Assembly: GCA_041674805.1 (NCBI GenBank) | Contig: JBAYVA010000001.1 | Coordinates: 262,612-326,611 of the forward strand | Origin: Candidatus Magasanikiibacteriota bacterium | Lineage (GTDB): Bacteria > Patescibacteriota > Patescibacteriia > Magasanikbacterales > UBA922 | Direction: 5' to 3' | DNA length: 64,000 nucleotides | Shown: piece after piece, positions 10,037-18,737 of the stretch | Position numbering within the stretch: position 1 is the first letter of the stretch | How the letters are laid out: every line of letters begins with the position of its first letter | Made by a program: the position numbers and the translations under genes | Notes under the pieces: model-generated | The model's database searches: none | The model's input: only the letters and a program-made list of their open reading frames with translations | Told to the model about the DNA's origin: nothing

Positions 10037-11638
10037 TTAAGTATTTTTTTCTAGTTCTTTTTTGACAATTTCTGGAATTCTATTTTCCAATAAAATGACA
10101 GATTTAATATTTTTGTGTTCTTGTATATATGATAATAAATCTTGACTATTTAATTTCACAAAAACTTTTGTTTGATATTTGGTACCAATACCTCGTTCTA
10201 AAGGTTCTATAAAATCTGGTGCAATAATAACCAATTCATCAGCCATAAAAGCTATTTCACCACCAATTTGTTCATGAATTTCATCGCTAAGTTCACCAAG
10301 CTCAATAATTCCTCTAGTTACTACAATTTTTTTATAATCATGAGAATATCCAGACATTCTATTGATAGCAACGCGAAAACCGTCAGGATTAGAATTGTAG
10401 GTATCATTTAAAATAATAGATTTTCCATAATTTTGAATATGTAGAGCATTTTCAGGACTTTTTACATTTTTTAAAGCTTCTTTAATATCTTCAGTTGAAA
10501 ATCCTAAATGATTGGCTAGTAAAAGTGTAGGTTGTAAATTCAAAATATTATATTCTCCAAAAAGTTTTGTTTGTAATTCTACGTGATTAGTAACGCCATC
10601 TAGATTTCTTGTCAATTTACAAAACACACCTTCATCATTTTCTTGCATATATTCTACTAAACAATTTGGTTTATATTCTTCTTCAAAACCAAAAGTTAGA
10701 ACCTTAGTTTTCAATTCTCCTAAAAATTCTCGACAATATTTGTTGTCTGAATTGGTAATAGCCAAACCATTTTTAGGTAAAGACCTGAGTAGTTCATATT
10801 TAGCTTTTTGAATATTTTCAATAGAACCAAACAAACTCAAATGTTGAGGACTAATAGCAGTCAAAATACCAATCTCTGGTTTAACTATGTTACATATTTT
10901 GTCTATTTCACCAATATTGTAAGCTCCCATTTCTACTATAAAAAAGTCTACGTTTTTGAAATTGGTTTGTAAAATAAATTTACTAACACCAATATCTGTA
11001 TTGATATTCTTTGGTGTTTTGATTACTTTAAATTTATAAGAAAGTAATTGTTTCAAAATTTCTTTGGTACTCGTTTTACCATAACTACCAGTAATACCAA
11101 TAACACGCATTTTTGAATACTTAGCAATTTTTTTTCTGGCCATTCGGGCAATATGATCTTTGACAAATTGTGAAATTATATTTAATAAGTGTACTAAAAT
11201 AGTAATAGTCACAAAACGTAAAAAACTAAAAGCTGCAATAGTCCTAATATCTTCTGTTTTTAGATAAAAAGCAATTTCAAGTAATATAGAAGAAAAAATT
11301 AACAAAATTATTTTCAAACTAAATTTTGGTTTTTTGAGAGGTTTTTTTAAAACAATTTTGGCTAAGAGATATAAAAAGTCTAAGAAATATATCAAAAACA
11401 CTGCCCATTCAATTACCAAAAAATGTCCTTGATCCCAAAAGAATACTACCAAAACAAGTGGCATTTTGTAAAAAAAATCATAACGGAAAATAATTCTTTT
11501 TCCTTCTGAAGTGCGAAGTAAATCTAAAAATCTGTCCCAACGATATTCTTTTAACTGCCAAAAATAAGCAAACTGAATATATTCATTGCTCATGCTGATA
11601 AACCAAAAGAAAATAATTGATAAATCTAAGAGATTCAT
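10037..11638 (-). CDS. murF: MurF-type Mur ligase with an unusual ~170-aa N-terminal multi-TM domain
   Basis: P-loop VIGITGSYGKTSTKE, followed by central and C-terminal Mur-ligase domains. The first ~170 aa are hydrophobic, about 4 predicted TM helices, where the canonical MurF N-domain would be. Confidence 0.7.
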   Translation of the reverse strand: MNLLDLSIIFFWFISMSNEYIQFAYFWQLKEYRWDRFLDLLRTSEGKRIIFRYDFFYKMPLVLVVFFWDQGHFLVIEWAVFLIYFLDFLYLLAKIVLKKPLKKPKFSLKIILLIFSSILLEIAFYLKTEDIRTIAAFSFLRFVTITILVHLLNIISQFVKDHIARMARKKIAKYSKMRVIGITGSYGKTSTKEILKQLLSYKFKVIKTPKNINTDIGVSKFILQTNFKNVDFFIVEMGAYNIGEIDKICNIVKPEIGILTAISPQHLSLFGSIENIQKAKYELLRSLPKNGLAITNSDNKYCREFLGELKTKVLTFGFEEEYKPNCLVEYMQENDEGVFCKLTRNLDGVTNHVELQTKLFGEYNILNLQPTLLLANHLGFSTEDIKEALKNVKSPENALHIQNYGKSIILNDTYNSNPDGFRVAINRMSGYSHDYKKIVVTRGIIELGELSDEIHEQIGGEIAFMADELVIIAPDFIEPLERGIGTKYQTKVFVKLNSQDLLSYIQEHKNIKSVILLENRIPEIVKKELEKNT

Positions 11639-11705
11639 ATTGTTAAAATTTCTAATATCTAATTCCTAATTTCTAATAAAATTTTTTAATTTTGTAATTT
11701 TAAAA

Positions 11706-12431
11706 TTATATTTTTGAAAATGATTTTATAATATTCAAAAGTTCTTCTTTTTTCCAAAGGTGTAAGCCATGTGTACCATTTTTTATTACTTCAAGTTTTG
11801 AACCTACGATATTATTGGCAATTAGTGTAGCATCTTTGACAGGAACAAAACTATCTTTATCGCCCCAGACAACTAGAGTTGGAATTTTTATGGCTGGCAA
11901 AAATTCACTGACATCTTCTTTGGTAATCTTGAGGAAAATATCTCTTTTGATGCCAGTTGTTTTATTGTAGTCCCCTGTTCCCGCTGATTTGTAAAGTAAT
12001 TTACGCATAAAAACAGCAAGCTTATTTAACCCTGGTAATCTAAATACTATTTTACCACTTTTGGCAATAAATTTAAAGATTTTATTTCTAATGCTTTCTG
12101 GTCGACGATAAACAGCTGCTCCGCTCAAAATTAATTTATCAACAATGTTTGGTTCGTGAGATAGTAAATAAGAAGCAACTTGTCCACCAAAACTATGGCC
12201 AAGCAAAATTGTGCTTTGTCCTTCTTGTTTGAGACTAATTATTTTGTCTTTAACAAACTGTGAGTACTCCTCCACACCCCAGATTGAGCTAGGACAGCTT
12301 TCCTCACCAAAACATGGTAGTTCTATCACTTCTACTTCAAAATCACTACTAGCCAAAGATACAAAACCAGACCAAGTTTGTTTTGATCCGTTCCAGCCGG
12401 GTAGGATTATTAGTTTTTGTTTTTGTTCCAT
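11706..12431 (-). CDS. alpha/beta-fold hydrolase
   Basis: Nucleophile elbow GHSFGG. C-terminal GTHGLHLW suggests the catalytic His region. Confidence 0.7.
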   Translation of the reverse strand: MEQKQKLIILPGWNGSKQTWSGFVSLASSDFEVEVIELPCFGEESCPSSIWGVEEYSQFVKDKIISLKQEGQSTILLGHSFGGQVASYLLSHEPNIVDKLILSGAAVYRRPESIRNKIFKFIAKSGKIVFRLPGLNKLAVFMRKLLYKSAGTGDYNKTTGIKRDIFLKITKEDVSEFLPAIKIPTLVVWGDKDSFVPVKDATLIANNIVGSKLEVIKNGTHGLHLWKKEELLNIIKSFSKI

Positions 12432-12475
12432 AATGCGGATATACTGATAATACGGATTTACGGATAATAACGAAT

Positions 12476-12952
12476 TTATTTTAAGGCTTTTTTGATAATA
12501 CTTTTTATATTATCATCGGCACTAGTTATTTTCAAATTATCTATTTCAGACAAAGGAATCCATTCTAATTTAGCATTCAACTGTATTTCTTTTTCTTCAA
12601 AATTTTGTTCTTTTGCATTACCTACTAATTCACAGACATAAAAAAACTTAATAGCATGCGACGAACCTAAGTTAAATGGCATTTCAAAAAAACGAGTGTT
12701 TACTTCTATCAAATCTTTTACTTCAATTTCAAAACCTGTTTCTTCCAAAAATTCTCTACGCAAAGCATCAATATGATCTTCGCCAAGTTCAATTCCACCA
12801 CCGATCAAATAATAACCTAAATCTCCAAATTTTATCATGAAAACTTTATCATCTTTTATTACCACAGCGTATACAGATGGACGAAAATATAAATTACTAA
12901 CTTTCATTATTACTTTTTCACCTTCCATATTGTAGCCTTCAACAGTTTTCAT
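12476..12952 (-). CDS. NUDIX hydrolase
   Basis: Nudix box GGGIELGEDHIDALRREFLEETG. Confidence 0.8.
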   Translation of the reverse strand: MKTVEGYNMEGEKVIMKVSNLYFRPSVYAVVIKDDKVFMIKFGDLGYYLIGGGIELGEDHIDALRREFLEETGFEIEVKDLIEVNTRFFEMPFNLGSSHAIKFFYVCELVGNAKEQNFEEKEIQLNAKLEWIPLSEIDNLKITSADDNIKSIIKKALK

Positions 12953-12956
12953 GTTT

Positions 12957-14216
12957 TTATGCTTTTATAGTATCCTTGCCCATAAAATTCTGCAAAACTT
13001 TCGGTACTCTAATACTTCCATCAGCTTGCTGATTGTTTTCAAGTAAGGCAATTGGAAAACGACTTAGCACTACTGCAGTACCATTTAGTGTATGCACAAA
13101 TTCATTTTTACCTTCATCGTTTTTGTATTTGATATTTAGTCTTCTTGCTTGATAATCAGTACAGTTACTGGTACTAGTGATTTCACCATAACCACCTTTA
13201 GCTTCATCTTCAGCTTTCATCGTCATCCAAGCTTCAATATCATATTTGCGGTAAGCTGGACCACCAAGATCGCTAGTTGGAATGTCAATAACGCGATAAG
13301 GAATTTCTAGACCATCACAGATTTCTTTTTCAATACTTAATAATTCTTGATGCAAAGCTTCACTTTCTTCTGGTTTACAGAAAATAAACATTTCTAGTTT
13401 GGTGAATTGATGCACACGATAAAGACCTTTGCTAGTACGACCATAAGCTCCAGCTTCAGTACGGAAACAGTGAGACATCGCAGCGTATTTCTTTGGTCCT
13501 GAACTCAAATCCAAAACTTCGTCAGCATGATAGCCTAGCATTGTGATTTCTGCAGTGCCAACTAGACTCAAGCCTTCATCATTGATATTATAAATTTGTT
13601 TTTCTGCTCCACGAGGATTGAAACCAGCACCAAGCAAAATTTCATGTTTGGCCAAATCTGGAGTTTCGACAAGATTGTAGCCATGTTTTGCCAAAATATC
13701 CATGCCATAATTTAGCATAGCTTGGTTTAATCTTACCATATCATTTTTGACAAAGTAAAACTTACTACCAGTTACTTTGGCACCACGTTCGAAATCTATC
13801 AAATCAAGATTGATCATAAGTTCTTCATGATCTTTGGCAGGAAAATCAAAGTTTGGGATAGTACCACGTTCTTCGATTGTGACAAAATCTTCTTCGCCAC
13901 CAATCGGACTTTGAGGATGAGTCATATTTGGTACTTGAAGCATTAGCTCCATAAAATCAGCATCAACTTTTGCAAGTTCCTCTTCCAAAGATTTTATTTT
14001 CTCCCCTACTTCACGCATTTGTTTTATTTCTTCTTCACTTGGTTTTCCTTTTGAACCACTATTTCTTTTTGAACGTAGTTCTTCTACTTCTTGCATTTTT
14101 TCTCTCTTTTGTTTGTCCAAATCAAGAAGATTATCAATATTTATTTTGACTCTTCTATTTACACAATTTTGTTTTATGAGTTCGCTATTGTCGCGAATGA
14201 ATTTTATGTCGAGCAT
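12957..14216 (-). CDS. serS: serine--tRNA ligase
   Basis: N-terminal coiled-coil arm (MLDIKFIRDN...), class II core with FRTEAGAYGRTSKGLYRVHQFTKLE, and GSGLAV-like C-terminus. Confidence 0.95.
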   Translation of the reverse strand: MLDIKFIRDNSELIKQNCVNRRVKINIDNLLDLDKQKREKMQEVEELRSKRNSGSKGKPSEEEIKQMREVGEKIKSLEEELAKVDADFMELMLQVPNMTHPQSPIGGEEDFVTIEERGTIPNFDFPAKDHEELMINLDLIDFERGAKVTGSKFYFVKNDMVRLNQAMLNYGMDILAKHGYNLVETPDLAKHEILLGAGFNPRGAEKQIYNINDEGLSLVGTAEITMLGYHADEVLDLSSGPKKYAAMSHCFRTEAGAYGRTSKGLYRVHQFTKLEMFIFCKPEESEALHQELLSIEKEICDGLEIPYRVIDIPTSDLGGPAYRKYDIEAWMTMKAEDEAKGGYGEITSTSNCTDYQARRLNIKYKNDEGKNEFVHTLNGTAVVLSRFPIALLENNQQADGSIRVPKVLQNFMGKDTIKA

Positions 14217-14273
14217 AAATTATATTATTAATTTATATGTTTATTTTTAAAATTTTTTCTATTTTATCCATAT

Positions 14274-14594
14274 TTATTTCTTTAAAAAATTTTCTATTGC
14301 TATTTTTATTGATTCAAGAGGTATAGCGCAATTTGCATGAGAAACTATACCACTACTTTTACCTATATAACCATATGTACCATCATCAAAGGCTTCGCTA
14401 TCTATTTGCTTATGAAAATAATTAGGACCTGAAATTTTTATATTCCAACTATTATTATTAAATGTCCATCTCAAATCAAAAACATATCCTTTGTCTTTTT
14501 CATAGAGTTCCTTTAATACTTCAGGAATATAACCATAAAATTCAACAGTACATAGTTCAGCATAAAATTCTGGACTTTTTTCTTTTTCTAACAT
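14274..14594 (-). CDS. hypothetical small protein (tandem paralog A)
   Basis: Shares WTFNNNSWNI, DSEAFDDGTYG and IP...IAI motifs with the neighbouring ORF. Confidence 0.5.
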   Translation of the reverse strand: MLEKEKSPEFYAELCTVEFYGYIPEVLKELYEKDKGYVFDLRWTFNNNSWNIKISGPNYFHKQIDSEAFDDGTYGYIGKSSGIVSHANCAIPLESIKIAIENFLKK

Positions 14595-14606
14595 AATTTT
14601 TATAAA

Positions 14607-14936
14607 TTATTGTATTTTTTCAAAGAATTTTTTTATAGCCAAGTCTATAGCTGCAATAGGTATCGTAAAATTATTATTTTCGTGATAAACACATAATTTT
14701 TTATTCATAATAAAACCAGTAGTATCATCAAACACAGCTTCAGAATCCATTTGATTGTGAGAAGCGTCTATTTCTCTAGCTATATTTATATTCCAACTAT
14801 TTTTATTAAATGTCCATTTTATTAATTGTTCCGATTTTTCATATGTTAATTTTAAATCTTTCTTAGTAACATCTCCATGTAGGTGTACAGCACACATGCT
14901 GGCAAGTCTCTCAATACTTTTTTCAGAGTCAATCAT
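14607..14936 (-). CDS. hypothetical small protein (tandem paralog B)
   Basis: WTFNKNSWNI, DSEAVFDDTTG and IPIAAIDLAI; paralog of 14274..14594. Confidence 0.5.
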   Translation of the reverse strand: MIDSEKSIERLASMCAVHLHGDVTKKDLKLTYEKSEQLIKWTFNKNSWNINIAREIDASHNQMDSEAVFDDTTGFIMNKKLCVYHENNNFTIPIAAIDLAIKKFFEKIQ

Positions 14937-14939
14937 ATT

Positions 14940-15998
14940 TTATAAATTATTATTTTTGATTATTTCTTTCACATCAGGCACAATCTGCATCAAAAATTCT
15001 TTATTCTTCTCAATAAAATCATAATCTGACAATTCATCTACTTCTACAAATTTTGTTTCCATAACTTCTGTATCATTTACTTCCTGTGCGTGAGAAATAA
15101 ATTTACAGACAAAAGGAATCAGGTATACTTGATAAGAAAAGTCTCTCCCAGCACTTGCTACTACTTGAATTTTGTTTAATTGTTTTACTATTTCAACTTC
15201 ACAACCAGTTTCTTCCAAAATTTCTCTCTTCACATTTTCTTCCAATTTTTCACCATATTCCATACTGCCACCTGGCAATTCCCATTTACCATGAAAACGT
15301 GGATTGTGTGGATCGTTACGTTTAGAGATAAGAACTTTACCTTCTTTGATAATTATTCCAACTGGCACAACTATATGTTTACTACAAAAATGATCTGCCA
15401 AAAAATATTTTATTCTATTTAATGCTATCCCTCTATGGGAAGTAGAATTTTTTTCTACAGCTGTTAATTCACTATAAGTTTTACCTAAATCTTCCAAATA
15501 AAAAATCGGGTCATAACCGAATCCATTTGTAGTTTCTCTTTCTTCTTTCAAAATTTTTCCTCTTCTATCACCATAAGCACAAAATAATTCATTTTTGTGT
15601 GGATTGTAAATTGCTAAAACAGCTTTAAAACTAGCACTTAATTTTTCTTCTGGTATATCTTGTATTTTTTCTAAAAGTTTTTTTCTTCTGTCTACAGCAT
15701 CAATACCAATACGAGCACTAATTACTCCAGGCCAACCATCCAAAGCATCGACAAAAATTCCACCATCATCAGCAAGAGATATTAAACCTGTTTTTTCAGC
15801 ATAATATTTGGCTTTAAGAATTGCGTTGCCTTCAATAGTTGCTTCGTTTTCTTCTGGTTCTTCAGGAATATTTTCTAAATCTTTTAGAGATAAAAAATCA
15901 AAATTTAAATCTTGTAAAAATTTTTTCATTTCTCTAAACTTACCTTCGTTAGTTGTTGCTATAAGAATTTTATTTTTTTCTAGTTTATTTTCACTCAT
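14940..15998 (-). CDS. RdgB/Ham1-family non-canonical purine NTP pyrophosphatase fused to a C-terminal NUDIX hydrolase domain
   Basis: N-terminal KILIATTNEGKFREMKKFL...FGYDPIFY (Ham1/ITPase). C-terminal GGSMEYGEKLEENVKREILEETGCE (Nudix box). Confidence 0.8.
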   Translation of the reverse strand: MSENKLEKNKILIATTNEGKFREMKKFLQDLNFDFLSLKDLENIPEEPEENEATIEGNAILKAKYYAEKTGLISLADDGGIFVDALDGWPGVISARIGIDAVDRRKKLLEKIQDIPEEKLSASFKAVLAIYNPHKNELFCAYGDRRGKILKEERETTNGFGYDPIFYLEDLGKTYSELTAVEKNSTSHRGIALNRIKYFLADHFCSKHIVVPVGIIIKEGKVLISKRNDPHNPRFHGKWELPGGSMEYGEKLEENVKREILEETGCEVEIVKQLNKIQVVASAGRDFSYQVYLIPFVCKFISHAQEVNDTEVMETKFVEVDELSDYDFIEKNKEFLMQIVPDVKEIIKNNNL

Positions 15999-16414
15999 AA
16001 AATTTTTTCTAGTTTATTTTTTATAATACCAGATTTGAAATTATTTTTTTTATAAGATTTTAATCTAACAACTTTTACTTTTAAACCAAAGTTAAGTAAT
16101 TTTACTGACAAATTTTCTGTATTAACTTGTTGATCATAACCAAGAGCAATAATGTCTGGTTTTTCTGCTTTTATTACTTTGTAATAATCTTTTTTATCAC
16201 CTAAGATAGCTTCATCTACAATTTTCAATTCTTGCAAAAAACTCAGTCTTTCTTTTTCTGAATAAACTAATTTTATTTTTTTTATTTTTTCAGCGCTCAC
16301 ATCCCTAGATACAACTACAACCAAATAATCCCCTAGTTTCTTGGCTTGTTTGAACAAATTGATATGTCCTAAATGCAAAATATCAAAAGTACCAAAGACC
16401 ATTACTTTTTTCAT
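15995..16414 (-). CDS. small cytidylyl/adenylyltransferase-like nucleotidyltransferase (HxGH class; TagD/RibL-like)
   Basis: VFGTFDILHLGH (HxGH motif). The 139-aa size fits. Confidence 0.6.
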   Translation of the reverse strand: MKKVMVFGTFDILHLGHINLFKQAKKLGDYLVVVVSRDVSAEKIKKIKLVYSEKERLSFLQELKIVDEAILGDKKDYYKVIKAEKPDIIALGYDQQVNTENLSVKLLNFGLKVKVVRLKSYKKNNFKSGIIKNKLEKIL

Positions 16415-16422
16415 AAATAAAA

Positions 16423-17922
16423 TTATTTCTTTTTTTCATCTTTCTCTTCCACTTCTTCTACAGGTTTCATAAGTGGAAAAGCTGTCACTTCACGCAAAGT
16501 ATGTGAACCTGTAATCAAAGCAGCAAATCTATCAATACCAATACCAGTGCCTGTAGCTGGAGGCATGCCGTGCTCTAATGCTTCTACATAACTCCAGTCG
16601 TTGGCCATAGCTTCATCATCCCCTTCTTCTTTATTTTTTACTTGTTCTTCGAATCTTTCACGTTGATCGATTGGATCATTTAGCTCTGTATAAGAATTAC
16701 TAAGTTCAAAACCATTGACGATAAGTTGGAACATTTCGGTGTATCTTGGGTCTTCGGCTTTTTTGGCCAGAGGTTTGAGTTCAATTGGATAATTCAACAC
16801 AAAAGTTGGTTGAATCAATTCTTTGCGAGCTGATTGTTTATATAAATTATCAAGCAATTTGCCACGTTCGGTAAGATTTTCATGATCATAACCTTTGGCT
16901 GACATGACTTTTTTCAATTCTTCCAAATCTGTGAATTCGTCAATATCAATACCAGAATATTTGAGAACTGCATCATGAAAAGTAATGCGAGGATAAGGAC
17001 CTGCAAAATTTATTTTGTGTTCATCTACCTCTACTTCCAATTTACCTATAGAATTTTCAACAACATAAGGAATCAATTTTTCATGCAAGGTCATGTTGTC
17101 TTCATAATCAGCATAAGCCCAATAATATTCAAGCATGGTAAATTCTGGATTGTGTTGGTGATCAACGCCTTCATTGCGGAAAGCTCTACCCATTTCAAAA
17201 GTTTTTTCAAAACCACCCACTAACAATCTTTTTTGCCAAAGTTCACCCATACAAATACGTAAATGCACATCAAGATCATACGCATTCAAATGTGTATCAA
17301 AAGTTTTGGCCATAGCGCCTGAAGAGATAGTTTCAAGTACTGGTGTTTCTACTTCAATAAAATTTTCATTTTGTAAAAATTCGCGAATATAGCGTAATAT
17401 TTTCCCACGAACAATAATTTTGGCTTTTTCTTCTGGATTGACCAAAAGATCCAAATATCTCTTACGGTAGCGTACTTCTTCATCATTCAAACCATGAAAT
17501 TTGTCTGGTAGTGGTAACAAAGTTTTTGCGAGTAGTGTCCAAGAACTAACCAAAATAGAAGGTTCGCCTTTGTGTGTCATGAATTTTTTGCCTTGAACTT
17601 CAACAATATCACCTGAATCAATTTTTTTACTAAATAATTTGTAATTATCAATTCCAATTTCATCTTGCTTAAAAGCTATTTGCATTCTACCTGATTCATC
17701 TTGTAAATGACAAAACATAAGCTTTCCCATGTCACGTTTGGTCATAAGACGTCCAGCAACACTAAGTTCAGCATCTTCTTTTGCGTCAAGAGCTTCTTCA
17801 ATAGTTTGTTTACGATTTATTCTAGCAGGATAAATACTTATATTCATTTCCTGAAGTTCTTTCAATTTACGAAGACGTATTTCACGCTCGTCATTGATAT
17901 TGATTTCTGTATTATTTGTCAT
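16423..17922 (-). CDS. lysS: lysine--tRNA ligase (class II)
   Basis: OB-fold N-domain and class II core with FRNEG, GMPPATGTGIGIDR. Confidence 0.95.
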   Translation of the reverse strand: MTNNTEININDEREIRLRKLKELQEMNISIYPARINRKQTIEEALDAKEDAELSVAGRLMTKRDMGKLMFCHLQDESGRMQIAFKQDEIGIDNYKLFSKKIDSGDIVEVQGKKFMTHKGEPSILVSSWTLLAKTLLPLPDKFHGLNDEEVRYRKRYLDLLVNPEEKAKIIVRGKILRYIREFLQNENFIEVETPVLETISSGAMAKTFDTHLNAYDLDVHLRICMGELWQKRLLVGGFEKTFEMGRAFRNEGVDHQHNPEFTMLEYYWAYADYEDNMTLHEKLIPYVVENSIGKLEVEVDEHKINFAGPYPRITFHDAVLKYSGIDIDEFTDLEELKKVMSAKGYDHENLTERGKLLDNLYKQSARKELIQPTFVLNYPIELKPLAKKAEDPRYTEMFQLIVNGFELSNSYTELNDPIDQRERFEEQVKNKEEGDDEAMANDWSYVEALEHGMPPATGTGIGIDRFAALITGSHTLREVTAFPLMKPVEEVEEKDEKKK

Positions 17923-18153
17923 AGCTATTTAACTTAAATTTAGGCTAATTTACTGACTTATTGTAACAGATTTCTTTCAAAAATACAAATATTATGTTTT
18001 AAAAACAAATTTAGCTATATATAGCCAAATTTGTTTTATTTTGTATATAAATTAAGACAAACAAAAAATCCAAAATCTAAAATCCTAAATTAAAAATAAA
18101 TTTTTAAATGAGGTTAGTTTTATGATTTCGGATTTATGATTTTTGAGTATAAA

Positions 18154-18615
18154 CTATTTAATATCTACAATCTTATAAACTTGTACACCAGATGACAAAG
18201 TCACTTGTACTTCTTCTCCCTTGTCTCTTCCTAAAAAGGCAGCACCTAAAGGTGATTCATTGGATATTTTACCTGATACTGGATCTGCTTCTTGAGCTCC
18301 GACAATTGTATATTCTTTTTCTTTACCATTTATTTTTACAGTAACAGTAGAACCTATTTGAACAAAACTGCTTTTTTCTTCTGAAATTATTTCAGAATTA
18401 TCTATCAAATTTTGTAATTCTATGACTCTACTGCCAGCCCATGACATTTCTTCTCTAGCAGCTTGATATTCAGCATTTTCAGACAAATCTCCCATTTGTT
18501 TTGCTTCATCAATTTTTTTGGCAATCACAGGAATTTTGATTTCTTTCAAATCATACAATTCTTGTTTTAAATTATCTAACTTTGTTTTTGTCATGTATTG
18601 GATATCATCTGTCAT
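18154..18615 (-). CDS. greA: transcription elongation factor GreA
   Basis: EAKQMGDLSENAEYQAAREE coiled-coil tip with the acidic D/E pair, followed by an FKBP-like C-domain. Confidence 0.9.
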   Translation of the reverse strand: MTDDIQYMTKTKLDNLKQELYDLKEIKIPVIAKKIDEAKQMGDLSENAEYQAAREEMSWAGSRVIELQNLIDNSEIISEEKSSFVQIGSTVTVKINGKEKEYTIVGAQEADPVSGKISNESPLGAAFLGRDKGEEVQVTLSSGVQVYKIVDIK

Positions 18616-18737
18616 ATATTTTATTAAAATTAATTTATAAATAATTGAGACTTAAAAAAAGAGCACCACCGATGTGGACTTCAATAGCACACAGTATAGC
18701 AGTTTTAAATTTTAGGTCAAATTAGTTTTCCACACTA

